From assembly GCA_002256025.1 (NCBI GenBank), contig NKIB01013093.1, positions 1 through 64,000 of the forward strand: 64,000 bases of DNA, written 5' to 3'. Both the position numbers and the translations under genes were made by a program. The DNA comes from Asterionella formosa. Taxonomy: Eukaryota. Below the pieces are notes generated by a model. That model did no database searches. It saw nothing but the letters and a program-made list of their open reading frames with translations, and was not told the origin of the DNA. Shown piece after piece: positions 1 to 12,131 of the stretch (within the stretch, counting starts at the first letter, position 1; every line of letters starts with the position of its first letter).

Positions 1-190
1 TGGCACAACATCTGTCAAACCCAGGCGAGGAGCACTGGAAAGCACTTGAAAGACTGGTTGGACACATTAAAGCAAGATACTATGATGGGTTGACATATCG
101 GAGCCCAAAGGAGCTGAGGCCTATATCATTTGTGGACTCAGACTATGCAAAGAATATTGATAACAGGAAGAGCGTTTTGTCTGGTCTACA
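1..190 (+). mobile_element. Copia (CoDi-like) LTR retrotransposon fragment, RT C-terminus/RNase H start
   Basis: Frame from nt 3 reads AQHLSNPGEEHWKALERLVGHIK...LTYRSPKELRPISFVDSDYAKNIDNRKSVLSG, the typical Copia RT-RNaseH junction (HW..L.R, DSDYA...RKS). It is truncated at about 190. Confidence 0.85.
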
Positions 191-2400
191 TCCACAAGTT
201 GTAAGTTTCACTTGTGGGTGACATACAAAATGTTGCATGATATCGGAATCACGTAACAATCCTGCCATGAGCTGTGCTGGTTCGAAATAATGGAGTGTGT
301 GTGGGATGATCATGTTTGAATTGTTATCAATCTGTATTTGTTTGGTCAACAGTTGACCACCAGCTAATGTTGGTGGAAATGAAATATCCGTGCGGTTTTT
401 CAAAGTCTGGTAGGATGGAGCTTGATACTTTCTTCCATTAAAATATTTCATTGCTTTTGCCTTGAACAGCCATTTCATTAGATGATCAAAGTAAACTGGT
501 GGAAGGTAGCTAATTCTCGTTAAGGAATAACATGAGTTCTAATTCGATTGGATGCATGTTTAAGGAATGTTTACTTGGAAGTTGAAATTGATGAGGAAGG
601 GGCAATTCCATTACATTTTCAGGGAGAAAGCCGGTGTGATCTTGGAAATCTGAATATTGCATGGTCTCTGAATTCAATCCTAGGAGAGTTTTTAGTCTCA
701 ATTGTTCGTCTTGTTGTGACTGAATATTGTTATAAACTGAATCGTCGCTGTCGTCATGAAATGGATGATTGTGGCCATTTGACTCAAGGATAGGACACAT
801 AATCTCTTCTTGTTGTCTACTCTCCCTAAATGCTGCAGCAGTTACACTGCCATCATTAACTTCTTTCCTTGAATGATTCGATGCACTACCGCAATACACA
901 GTTTCATTATGTATTCTAGGAACTCAATGTTCTTGCATGCAATGTCGACAGTGACCATATGCATAGAAAACACGGTTGCTACAATTTAGGTTGTGAGACT
1001 CAGATGGGGATTTGTTCTTCCGAAATTTGTAGTTACACAGACAACACCATTGCAATGTCCGCAAAGACATTGCAAATTTCAAATGATGACAAAGTCAGGA
1101 TATGAACAGGATAGAATGAAAATGAATTATTAATAATAAATTTAGCATCACTCCGATCATGCTGTGCTGGACAATACAGAGTCGTGAAATTATCACTCCA
1201 CCATAGTAGTAAAATTGGAGGTATACCGCTGCATACAGTACAGGCGCCACTGCTAGTAGTATAGAGCAACATCAATGTTTTCCTAACATCTATGATATAG
1301 TTTGTGCATTGTAGAAGTCTCACACTAACTATATTTCTTTTGTAACTACTAAGCATGCATTGGATTCTATTAGATCCATTCAAAATCAACGTCGTCATCA
1401 ATGTCCATTGATCAATGCATTCATTGTAATCAATATTCTTCTCAGGAACATTTGGTTGAAGTGGTTCAACATATTGATGCATATCCTCCTCACTTACATT
1501 GTGAAATGAGAAGTATGAGTTGGGTAGATGATATTTGTTGTGGAAGTAGCAATTCCACTAGGATTCCTTCCATATTCAGATCGATTCTTTTGTGAAAGTC
1601 CAGTGTAGATTTCCTTATAATAAACGAGTAAATCATCAGTCCATTGATCAGTAAGACCATTTGAAACTGAACTTTCTTCCCTCACACTTTTTTAATAAGT
1701 GGCTTCCCACCAATGTCGACAAAATCGGTAGAATGACGAATATCTGTCGTTCTCTGAAATTTCATGGGTATCTGGATTGAAACCCAAATATTTTTGTTGC
1801 AATCGGAATTTTCCTTTCAGCACCAAGAAGCAAAAGGCTTCTGTACTGGTATTGATCAGCGAACCAACAAAACGTGTTTGCAATTCACATTGTGCCCGAA
1901 GACTTAGTTGAAATTTGGTCACACCAGATTTGTCTCTTGTTAAAAATGGTTCTCCACGGCTTGTCCTGCCTATAAAATACACTGGAGCAAGAACATCACG
2001 CCAGACTTGGTATCCTTGGCTTCCCCTGTCAACGTCCTTTGACTGCGCAAAACGATAAAGCGTAAACGCCCACCTAATAAAGTCAGCAATATCCATAGTC
2101 TGGAAGTTATATTCTGTTAGACCAGCTGATGTGTCATGAATTATGTTAGCATTTTTAATTCAAAAATATTTTATAAGAATAATCACCGACTCAAAACATC
2201 ATGCTTTCAGAGCATCTCCCGCCCTGCAAGAACTTACCTAAATTCCTTTAAATTGATTATTCAATACATTCTGACATTCTCCTAACTTTTTAATGCACAT
2301 GCCACCAAATGTTGATTTGATGTAATCTAAATGTGCCTTGTTGGTACGTTCAATGGTCTGATTCACCAGAACCATTCCATATGAAATCGGCAAGCTCTGG
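191..2400 (-). pseudogene. Decayed coding region, possibly a Plavaka/CMC-like DNA transposon remnant
   Basis: Chain of broken minus-strand ORFs (1692-2096, 1033-1482, 510-899, 143-478) with stops and frameshifts. The segment ELELMLFL...MKWLFKA...LHYFEPAQLMAGLLRDSDIM resembles my recollection of the region preceding Plavaka-type transposase cores. Family assignment is weak. Confidence 0.35.
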
Positions 2401-2934
2401 GTCACTCTCCAATTCTTTGCCTAACTCCGGTTTCACTGTGTATAGCTGAGCTAGGCAGGTAAACATTGGGCGAACCAATCCTGTTTGTGATTGGAAATGC
2501 CTTTCATACTACTTGGACCAGATAGGGCGGGATGTTTGATTCTCTTTTGGGGACAGAAAAAAGCACATTTGATTGATATTCTGTTTTACAGTACCTGCAA
2601 TTCACAAACTATAACCTCAAACTTACATGTTCACAGCAAAACTTCTTGGTCTTGAAAATAAAATCAACTCACAACCTTTGTTACAATTGATGATTCAATT
2701 TTTCTTTGTTAACTCATTTTGGTACTTGCTTCTTTACTGCTGTCGTTCTCTTCCTTAAAGTTCGATGATCTTAAAATCAGGTGTTGCTAGCAACAATGAA
2801 ATGAATCATCAGCCACTACATATAATATTTTACGCTGTCTAGATATGATACCATAAAACCAACAGTGCTATTTACATTATCATATACAAAATCAGAATCG
2901 AGTTTGAGTAATAGCATATCTTGCTTTCAAATAT

Positions 2935-3370
2935 ACGATTATACGATCCTAAAAATATGATGATTTACTGTCCCGCTGCAGTAGCAGCACTCATGAACAT
3001 ATGGTGTTCTGTTGCTCGCTTACTACTCCGACTACTCTCATTCAATTTTACAATCATACAATCCTGAAACTATGATGATTTACTGTCCTGCTGCAGTAGC
3101 AACAGTCATGAACACATGGTGTTCTGTTGCTCGCTTACTACTCCGACTATCCTTTTTCAATTTTATGATCATATGATCCTAAAAATATGATGATTTAATG
3201 TCTCACTGCAGTAGCAGCAGTCATGAACATATGGTGCTCTGTTGCTCGCTTACTACTCCGACTATCCTTTTTCAATTTTATGATCATACAATCCTAAAAC
3301 TATGATGATTTACTGTCCCACTGCAGTAGCAACAGTCATGAACATATAGTGTTCTGTTGCTCGCTTACTA
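2935..3370. repeat. 115-bp tandem repeat, about 3.7 copies
   Basis: Unit start ATGATGATTTA at 2957, 3072, 3187 and 3302 (exact 115-nt period), with a shared core TCTGTTGCTCGCTTACTAC. Confidence 0.95.
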
Positions 3371-5039
3371 CCTGGTACCCCCAGTATATCACTTCCTACC
3401 TGCTACTGGTACTCTGTATATATATGATAAAATGTTATTGTAGTATGATGTACCGGTACACATGAAGAACTCCCGCCCAAAAAAGGGTCTTAAACAATTT
3501 GCTACCAAAATCCTCACGTATAAATAATGATACAAATGGGTTATGACTTAGTACACCAATTGAATGGTCTAAATAATTAGTTCCAACGGACGTAGAAAAT
3601 AATGATGCAATCAAATTTCTCAGAAACAGTACCGGTACATGAAGTCGTGGAAAACAATTGACATATAGTGCATTAAATATTTTCGAATTATCTATATGCG
3701 AATATGATCATCTCAACAATACCAGACGTTCCATATTGAGAGTGCCTTTGACTTTCATAAATGTACGACATTTGATATATTTATATATTTACAAATTCTT
3801 ATTTACATGGCAAATATATTTGAAATCGTTCTGTCATGTTAACAAACAATGCCTGCTTCATGAAAAAAATATCGTAGTAAGAAAGCACATGACAAGAAAG
3901 GAAAGTTTACGCAATAACGAAAAACATTGTGGCTTCGACATATTGCGCCTTCGAAGAATGGAGTATGTTTAAGCAAGGTAATGAAGCCATCAATGTGTTA
4001 CTTGGATGAAAATCGTTGGGAGGCAGGACAACAACAAATTGTAAACTAAAACACACATTTCCTTTTCTCTCAGTTGATTCAACAGCTCGTTTCGCTTGTT
4101 GGGGAGCACCAATGCAAAACAAAACGAAATTGGTAACAAGTGCTCTTGTCATTGGACTTATTCACTTATGATAACTGTTGGACACGCCACGTTTACCTTC
4201 TCTCAAAGTTAAGCTAACAAAAATGAATCGGTAAGTTTTATTCGGCAACATTGGAAACCTGAAACTTACTCATTCAAGAAGTTACTGACAATTTACTATT
4301 ACAGACTTATGCATCACTTGCTTTGATTTGGCTGTGGTAAGTGAAGCAAGCAAGAGGATACGATGGAATGGCGTGATGTTGTGTCAATGTAACATGTCTA
4401 GCTAGCTAACAAGTCGTTCCTTCTCATTGTTACTGTAACTGCATAGGACAATAAAACCGATCAAACAACGGAATAGTCGGCGAGTTCAGAATGACATTAA
4501 CAGCAGGGAGAGAGACGCAACATTAGTAAGGCATTGCTTGGAACAAGATTCAGAAAAGAGGAAGAAAAGAGCGAGACAGGAACAATATACATTGAGCCAA
4601 GTAGAGAGAGAAATGTTGGGTCGCTGTCATGTAGATTAATAGATAGCATTGCTAAATTTGATAGTTAAATTACGATCCATTTCAATCTATTTTCAAAAAT
4701 TCTTGTGATTAGAATTAAGATCATGTTTACGATAGATTTACGATGAAGGAATTTAAATGATAGCATAGAGTTGAGCTTATTTTAGGATGCGTTGTAGTAA
4801 TAATTTACATCAGGCAATCACAAGAATTGAAAATAATGTGAGAAGGTTTATGATGTTGATGAGTAATGTTGTTGATCAGTTGATATACATTGTGTGTTGA
4901 TAATGTTCTTATTATCATTATACTTCAGGGTCGGTAAAATATTAATAAATCATCATAGCTATAGGATACCATGATCATAATTTTGAACCAAAAATTATCA
5001 TAGATACGAAAATCCTGTGCCACTTAGCGTACGATACTC

Positions 5040-6340
5040 TTGATCCTATGTGCATGATACTTTTTATTTGCAGATGTAACCCAAGCCTGTAAGCATCAAA
5101 AATGGAGTTTCCATTTTGATGGCTGGGACAACTATGGATTTAATCCGACAAACAGAGGAAGGTATCTTTTTGGTTCATTCACAATGCAACTCAGCACGAG
5201 TTTACTCTCGTACATATAATGTGACTTTTACCTGACCTCAACATTTAATTCCAGTTTCAATTCATAAAACTTCTACCGAGTATTATGAGATAACAGGATA
5301 TCATCTCCGGACAGGCGGAGTTCCTCGAACCTTTGGAAAATATTGTGGATCACAACCAAGGCTGCTATCACACACTCAACACTTCTCACACACCTCTAAA
5401 TCTTTCCTGGAACAGGCGATGGGCGACTTTGTTCTTCCTAGGGATCTGGCTCTTTCCAGGGAAAACCTAGTTTCTGGCCATGTAGTCTTGGCCTCGGACG
5501 GCTCCTTAATTGCCAACCCAGAGAGTGCCGAGCATGGTTGGAAGTTACATGATCGCCGATCAAAAACACAGGCTTATCGGCATGGGTGAGTCACAAGCGG
5601 GGGCCAAGATCATCTATCAATCGCTTAAACATCGGGGCGCATTGGGCAAGGAAGTCACTCTGCAGGGGTATTTGATAAAGCGTTGGAACAAGGCAGCAAA
5701 GAGTTTGGACATCGACAACAACATGATCCTAGGAAAAGTACATGAGTTGTGGATACCTTCAGTTATTTCAAATTTATGAATGGTCGTTCACAGATCATGG
5801 GCAGAAAGAAACGAAATTATTTATCGCAACATCAACCTCATCTTGATCAGCAAATTACACAATAATACCAGCATAAAGACGAAATATGCAGACGGGATTC
5901 CCATCTCTTCTCGATCGCACTGCAGGATCTCCTTGACTACCAACTGAACCGAAAAATCAAGTTTCTGGAAAGAGTAAAATATATATTTCACGCACACAAA
6001 CAGCATTCAAAAAGGTACAGGAATCTATATACAATTTTGTCCCAAGCAATATAGCGCAGGAGACAAGAACTGCTCGGACACTAGCAATCCATCAAAACTG
6101 TCAGAATTACCAAGCTGACATGCAAAACTCAGCTACATGAAAAGGACCCAAGACCCCAGCTACTAGTACCGAATTTTTTTACCAATACTTCTAGTTGTAG
6201 TACTCGAGGGAGTGACTGCCAACACATCTTCCACCGCCCCACCACCTCCTCACTCAGCACTAGCATGGGCCATGGAGTGCACCAATAATGCCAAAGAATC
6301 TGGAAATAGGCTAGTAGGATAACAGCACTATAAAAATTAT
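5040..6340 (+). mobile_element. Degenerate non-LTR retrotransposon (LINE) 3' part with RNase H-like motif
   Basis: Broken frames give VVLASDGSLIA..SAEHGWKL (RNase H-like ASDGS) at about 5480-5550, then LQGYLIKRW...ELWIPSVISNL*MVVHRSWAERNE (W..RN C-terminal motif of algal LINE ORFs). Many stops. Boundaries are approximate. Confidence 0.5.
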
Positions 6341-7254
6341 TGATATATACTACCTAGTTGTATCACTTACTTTTTCTCTCTTCTCTGCTTCTAGCCCTCC
6401 TGCTAGAAACACTAATTGACTTTCTTCCTTAACAAACAGTTTCCTCAATTGATAATCAAAAATTATAAGAAAAACTAAAAATTCCTTTCCATGCATCTTT
6501 GCTTCCCACAAAGTCGTTCTAGGATTCTCTTTCGAATTTCCACTTAACATTTCCATAGAAATCTTCAATCATTGATCTCGCTAGATAGCTGATTGGCATG
6601 GCACAGCAATGCAAGGTTCGAATCCTCGTGACTCGAGCTAATATTCTTGACTTTCTCTTACGGACATTCCTACATATCATTTCAGAAACAGTATGTGTTG
6701 TGCCGGTACTACCTTGCACCCCGGTACCAGTACTCGGAATAATATTTTAGGATATGTACAGGCAACAAAAAGCAAATGTCATTGTCAGCGCACTTACTAA
6801 CTACCGGTACCCTGGTACCAGTACCTGGTACCAGGCACAGCTACGGAGCAATGGATCTAGAACAAGAGTGCGTATTTATTGCAGTGTGTTTACTCCGTAC
6901 AGTATGTATGATTGTTTTAGATCGACATGATCATGCATTAGTAAAATACAAATCATTTTTTTTATGTGCGGAAACGGGCGAAAAGGCTCGGCAAAAAACC
7001 AAAAAAACCCCGCCCTCTTCCAGACATAGTTGTCATTTGAAGCCGGTGCTTCTGCCCTTTTGATAACGCTCTTCCCTTCTTTTCTCCCTATTCCAATCAA
7101 CCCATTACAACCGAGAGATTCTAAAAGAGAGAATAGAAACGAACGCCAGAAGAATAAACCAAAACACTCCAGATCGTTCTATATGAAATTCTAAATCGTC
7201 ATTTTTTCTGCCATTGATCCTTGATAGTTTATAATCCACTCATCCGCAAGTACC

Positions 7255-10200
7255 ATGTCATCTCCCACTGCTGCCGAATCTGGATTTAGTTCTTACAATC
7301 CTATTAGCAGCTTGGAACGGCAATATGCTGCCCCAATTGGCTCACGGATGTTCCTCTTTATCAAAGCTAACCCCAACTGCTGCTTTCCAGGAGGGGTGGA
7401 AGCTCTGTTAAAGATGAGTCAGAAGATAACCGGAGCGAGCGTTCCGTTGAGCAGTATGGTACCAGAAGTCTCAAATAATTCTTTAGAAGCATCCACTTCA
7501 ACTGGAGCGCATGATCCCTTTTCATTTTTGAGCGACAGCGATGCTGGAAGCTCTCATTCTACAGATACAACATTAGTCCCCAAGAAAAACAAGCCTTTCT
7601 CCTTCCTCAAGTCCACTTTGAAGAAAACTCAACAGCAAATTGAACGTGGTATGACTGGATTGGCCATCCGAGCGGATCAAGGTCGTAATCCAGACTATCT
7701 CATGGTCGGACTCTATGATTCGTCTGGAAAAGTGCTCTGCATGACCGATGCAGCACCAATACCGACGGATGATGCAAGTCGACTAAATGGACTTGGATTT
7801 TTTATTCCATTGGTTATTCCTCCAGGGTGGGGGAATGAAGATATTGTCACTTTGAAATTGTGGATTAAGAGTGGAGCAGCTCTAGTGAAGCAGAAGCACT
7901 TTCAGTTAGGAATTTCTCACATGTCTGTCGGGCAACTTAAGACTGGGTTGACTGATATATCAACAACGAAGATGGTACCCTTACAGTCTCATGTGGTTGT
8001 AGATGGGCAGCTGCAAATTCTCGTTACAAGAGACTTAAAATTTCCTGCTTTGAAGGGCCGGGGGTGGTCCTTGACTGATCCAGACATGCGTGGGTATACA
8101 CAGAGTTCACTATATCATTGGCCATTGGATCAGTCCTATGGTTATGCTCCTCCTTCCGGCGCATCATGGTTAGTAGCAACGGAACGTGCAATGGAATCTT
8201 CGGTGGTTCTACCAGTCGCCTTGATGCTGGCCAAGCTTTGTCAGCAGGCCTGCAAAGCAAGCTTGGCACATGCCGCCTCCGTAGTGAGCTACATGACGAG
8301 TCATCGTCATGAAACGGATGATGGACATAAGGCAACATGCAATTTGGATATTGGATATCTTTTGGTTTCAGATGCAACACGGAATGCTGCACTTAGTGTG
8401 CATTGGCAACGTCCCGATAGTATCTTTGAAGTTGAAATCCTCGGACCAACTAAGATTCCAGTCCAGTCCATTCAGACACCATTTCAACCTGTGGTACAGC
8501 TTCCCTTTTATCCAAATCTTTGCAGCGAGGGTATTTTGCCCAGCATTTTGACGCAGTTTCCTCAAAAGCCTGCATTTCTCTTGGGGAATGTCCGCGTTCA
8601 ACTTCAAATGACGAGTGCCAAGGCAAATGGAACATCGAACCCATTTGATCAACTCGGACCTGGGAGTCATGCTGTCAATGCCGAACACGAAACATGGCAA
8701 GCGACCTTCGCGTTGGAATCACACGTTAATAAAGCTACCGTAGGCCCACTTCAGGTGCCACTCTACAATGTGGCAACAGGAGTGCAGATGGGGTCGTTGA
8801 TATTGAGTTTGAATTGCAAGATAAAAGCAGCTTCTGTCCCAGCTCCTTCAGGAATCGCCACCTCCAAAGGTGGTCTTGTATCGTTGATGGGACTAGACAG
8901 TCTTACGGAATCAATGAGCATTGCTCCCAACGTGGACTACGATGTCACACCCGTTGTCCAAGGCGCTAACCCTGCGATAGAACTTCGTCACCAGCAGTTG
9001 CGCACGATGGGACACTTTATGACTCAACAGTACCTACAATCTCATGTTACAACAACGCGAGTGCCTGATATGTCTACATACATGGACCGTGTCGAGAAAT
9101 ACCAAGTCGCTCTTGGAAATCCTCAAAGCGAAGCAACCGAATCACACCGAGACAAGACTCCCAAACCATTTCGACCTTCATCCAGTCGAACTACCCCACT
9201 TTTGGCTGCTATTCCCTTCAATGTGCACAATGTTACTCTTTCAGTCGAATCAATGCCAGGATCTCAATTGGGCACTGTGTTTGAAAACATAACCTGCGGA
9301 GCACCAGCTGATCATGCTCGAGGATTTGATCCAGTCTATGTCGGTGGACCAGGTGGAGGCTTGAAGCGACTTGAAGCAGGCAGGTTGGAACTCCAGCAAA
9401 GATTACAGGAATCACAATCTGCTTTGATAGGCGCCGTGTCAGCTTATTTTATCGCCGCTCGGTCAGCGAATCACAAAGCGTTACACATTCCCGCGCGCCA
9501 TGTCGAGGTTTCTCAATTACGATGGAAAGTAACCACTGAAACGCAACATTTACATCAGTTAACCTGGGCGTGCGCCATTCGACGAGCAAATGTCTTTTCG
9601 CAAGCCGTTGGTCTAGCATTAACTTCGTTCTTGGCTAATTTGAGTGACGCCCCGAAGGTGTCGGCAGGCTGGGCTGACGCGTGGGTCAAACATGGCTACC
9701 TTGTTTCTTTCGAAGGACTCTTGAGTGCAGCTGGAAAAGAACAAGGCATGATTGAGGACGCGTCTACTGGCATTAGTATGTTGCGCATGGTGACAATACA
9801 AATTGTCGAAACTGAAGGTCCTGCTGACAAGGTCCTGATTCCGAATTCGCCATACCTCAAATGGCTCCACATGTATGCGTCTGGCGTTGGCTCCAAGACA
9901 CAGTATCGCATAACCATTGGAGTTGATGCTCACTATTTCCAGGAACGCATTCCAGAACCTCTAAAAAATGGAGGAACAGTACAGTTCTACCCTCTTTTAT
10001 TTCAAGTTGGTGTCGATATTCGCCAGTGGGGTGCCCATACTCACGCTCAAGTCAAGCAACAGATGACCACAAATATGCAACAGGCTTCTTTTTCACTTAA
10101 GGGCGAGTCAGCCTCTGCGGTGCAACCGGAGGTCCAAACTAGTGAAGGATGCTTGCTTGATGAGGAGGACGACGATGTTGGCGTCACTGACGAAGACTTC

Positions 10201-10746
10201 TTGATTGCTCTCAACTTTGAAGCCTTGCGGAAAATGGATGCCTATGCTCACGCCATCTCACCTATAACTGGTGCAAATACATTAAAGTTTGATGTATCGT
10301 CGCAGCAGCCTCCGGCGTTGCAAATCCATCCAGTTCTTACTCACCTGCATGCCCACGTCGTGACGTCGGCCGGAAAGATGAACCATGGAATTTTGGATGA
10401 AGCTGCTGCGGTTGCGCAAAAGCTTGGCGGTGGTGGTGTTGTCTTTTGCAAATCTGGTAAAGATCGAACTGCGATGCATGTAACCTTCAAGCAGGCCCAA
10501 TTCGTTCACCAATATATCCAATCGCTGGGCCGCCTGGCTCCATCCGACATTTACGAAGATGCGACCCGAATGCGGGTGTACGGAACTCGGCTCCCAATTT
10601 GCGAAAAAAATGTAGGTCAAGCGAAGTATGCCTTCAACACCCTACAGGTACGATTTATGCCAGACATGCTCAAGCCTCCCATCAATACATTGGCTGGCTT
10701 TTTGAAAGGAGGGGCTGTTTTCAAGGGCGGTGGCATTGAAAGTTAG
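7255..10746 (+). CDS. Inositol polyphosphate 4-phosphatase (INPP4-like), 1163 aa, apparently intronless
   Basis: Long ORF. The catalytic CX5R motif CKSGKDRT is preceded by FEGLLSAAGKEQGMIEDA and PLLFQVGV and followed by KNVGQAKYAFN, all INPP4-type motifs. Confidence 0.9.
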   Translation: MSSPTAAESGFSSYNPISSLERQYAAPIGSRMFLFIKANPNCCFPGGVEALLKMSQKITGASVPLSSMVPEVSNNSLEASTSTGAHDPFSFLSDSDAGSSHSTDTTLVPKKNKPFSFLKSTLKKTQQQIERGMTGLAIRADQGRNPDYLMVGLYDSSGKVLCMTDAAPIPTDDASRLNGLGFFIPLVIPPGWGNEDIVTLKLWIKSGAALVKQKHFQLGISHMSVGQLKTGLTDISTTKMVPLQSHVVVDGQLQILVTRDLKFPALKGRGWSLTDPDMRGYTQSSLYHWPLDQSYGYAPPSGASWLVATERAMESSVVLPVALMLAKLCQQACKASLAHAASVVSYMTSHRHETDDGHKATCNLDIGYLLVSDATRNAALSVHWQRPDSIFEVEILGPTKIPVQSIQTPFQPVVQLPFYPNLCSEGILPSILTQFPQKPAFLLGNVRVQLQMTSAKANGTSNPFDQLGPGSHAVNAEHETWQATFALESHVNKATVGPLQVPLYNVATGVQMGSLILSLNCKIKAASVPAPSGIATSKGGLVSLMGLDSLTESMSIAPNVDYDVTPVVQGANPAIELRHQQLRTMGHFMTQQYLQSHVTTTRVPDMSTYMDRVEKYQVALGNPQSEATESHRDKTPKPFRPSSSRTTPLLAAIPFNVHNVTLSVESMPGSQLGTVFENITCGAPADHARGFDPVYVGGPGGGLKRLEAGRLELQQRLQESQSALIGAVSAYFIAARSANHKALHIPARHVEVSQLRWKVTTETQHLHQLTWACAIRRANVFSQAVGLALTSFLANLSDAPKVSAGWADAWVKHGYLVSFEGLLSAAGKEQGMIEDASTGISMLRMVTIQIVETEGPADKVLIPNSPYLKWLHMYASGVGSKTQYRITIGVDAHYFQERIPEPLKNGGTVQFYPLLFQVGVDIRQWGAHTHAQVKQQMTTNMQQASFSLKGESASAVQPEVQTSEGCLLDEEDDDVGVTDEDFLIALNFEALRKMDAYAHAISPITGANTLKFDVSSQQPPALQIHPVLTHLHAHVVTSAGKMNHGILDEAAAVAQKLGGGGVVFCKSGKDRTAMHVTFKQAQFVHQYIQSLGRLAPSDIYEDATRMRVYGTRLPICEKNVGQAKYAFNTLQVRFMPDMLKPPINTLAGFLKGGAVFKGGGIES

Positions 10747-11249
10747 GAAGTCTTCCGTGAGATCGTTGTCCGATTTGAGTTTTCAACTTTTTTCTGTGAT
10801 TATCACCTTAGTTTGAATCATGATCAATTTATTTCAAAGTAACAGCATGATTCCATCATACCTCCACTTTCCTTGTATTCAGGCATTAGCAGCTACTACT
10901 CATAGTTCATAAGACTGTTTGACCACACCTGAAAAAGTATAACTTTAAACGAGCGCTTTTGTAACCATCCCCCGACATCTCCATGCACTACCTTCGAGCA
11001 ACGCCCCGTAATGATGGTACAAAAAGCTGCATATGTCATCTACACAGCGACCATCGGTCATTACAGAAATCTACGAACGTTCTAGTCTAGGAAAATCGAT
11101 GTTCGCTACGTGATTGTTGCCATATTTGTGTAGACTCTCCGTCGCTTGTTTTGGCAAACTAGTTCATTGTGCGAAGGTGCCGAAATCAATTTTTAAACTA
11201 CTCACTAGGTTAATGAACGGTTAGCAGGTGGCGTAAGCTACCAAAAACG

Positions 11250-12131
11250 TGGGTTGCCCAGGACATGCACAACCACATCATCTGAAAAGACAACCTCACG
11301 AGTAATCGATAAGTTCCCATTTATCACAACTTCCTTGCCTGTCTCAACAACCAAATCAACCAGGTGGCCCGCTTGGATGATCAGCTGTAGCTCTGTATCG
11401 CTAATCAATATCTCGAAGTGTACCTTTCAGATCGGATGTATCGATGAAATGGATGTATCTTGATAGGTCCCACGTTGTAGTTTGCCTTTTCAAACCATGA
11501 AGATAACGAGAGCGGGAAGTTAGCCAAGTTGTGTAGATAGCCATTTCATAGAATTGAGATTCCTTTCTTATTTGTGTGTTGCAACGCCATTGAATTGAAA
11601 GCAAATTTCTTGACATTGATGTTAGTACCATGCCGTCAAGGAAATCTTCTACACGTAACTCCTGATCTTCAAGAAGAGAGTTTCGAATACTCGATACTGT
11701 GTACAGGATAAGAAGAATAACAATAAATAATGTCCGTAGAGATCGAGGAAGGGTCTGGATCTTTTCACCATCTGGACACCAACCCAAAACTTTCATCATG
11801 ACCCCACTCCACAAATGTTCGTGGTCAATTTTGATTAAGGCCTTAGAAAGAGGAATCGATCAGGATGAGACTAGATTGCTCAATGTTGTCATCATTCAAC
11901 TGAGTCGCAAAGGCTATTGGCTGGGAAGCATACTCGTTGTTTGCGGAATCTTAGGAATCACTCCTAGACTGCATGGCAGATTGTTTTACTCCCATCCTTG
12001 CAAGTTGCTTCATTAACCAGTCCTGCCTCGGGATCCACATCATTCAAATTGATTCCATAGCCTTGAGTCGTCGACGAGAGTCCTCGCAGGTCCCACAAGG
12101 GAGCTGAGGTCTTGGGTCTTTTGGTTGTCAT
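11250..12131 (-). pseudogene. Unidentified decayed gene
   Basis: ATG at 12131 (MTTKRPKTSAPLWDL...) is followed by protein-like but broken frames (11401-11814, then LKVHFEILISDTELQLIIQAGHLVDLVVETG...). No family recognised. Confidence 0.3.

Noticed and set aside
2935..3370. CRISPR-like array
   Set aside because: Whole units repeat with no unique spacers, the context is eukaryotic, and there are no cas genes.
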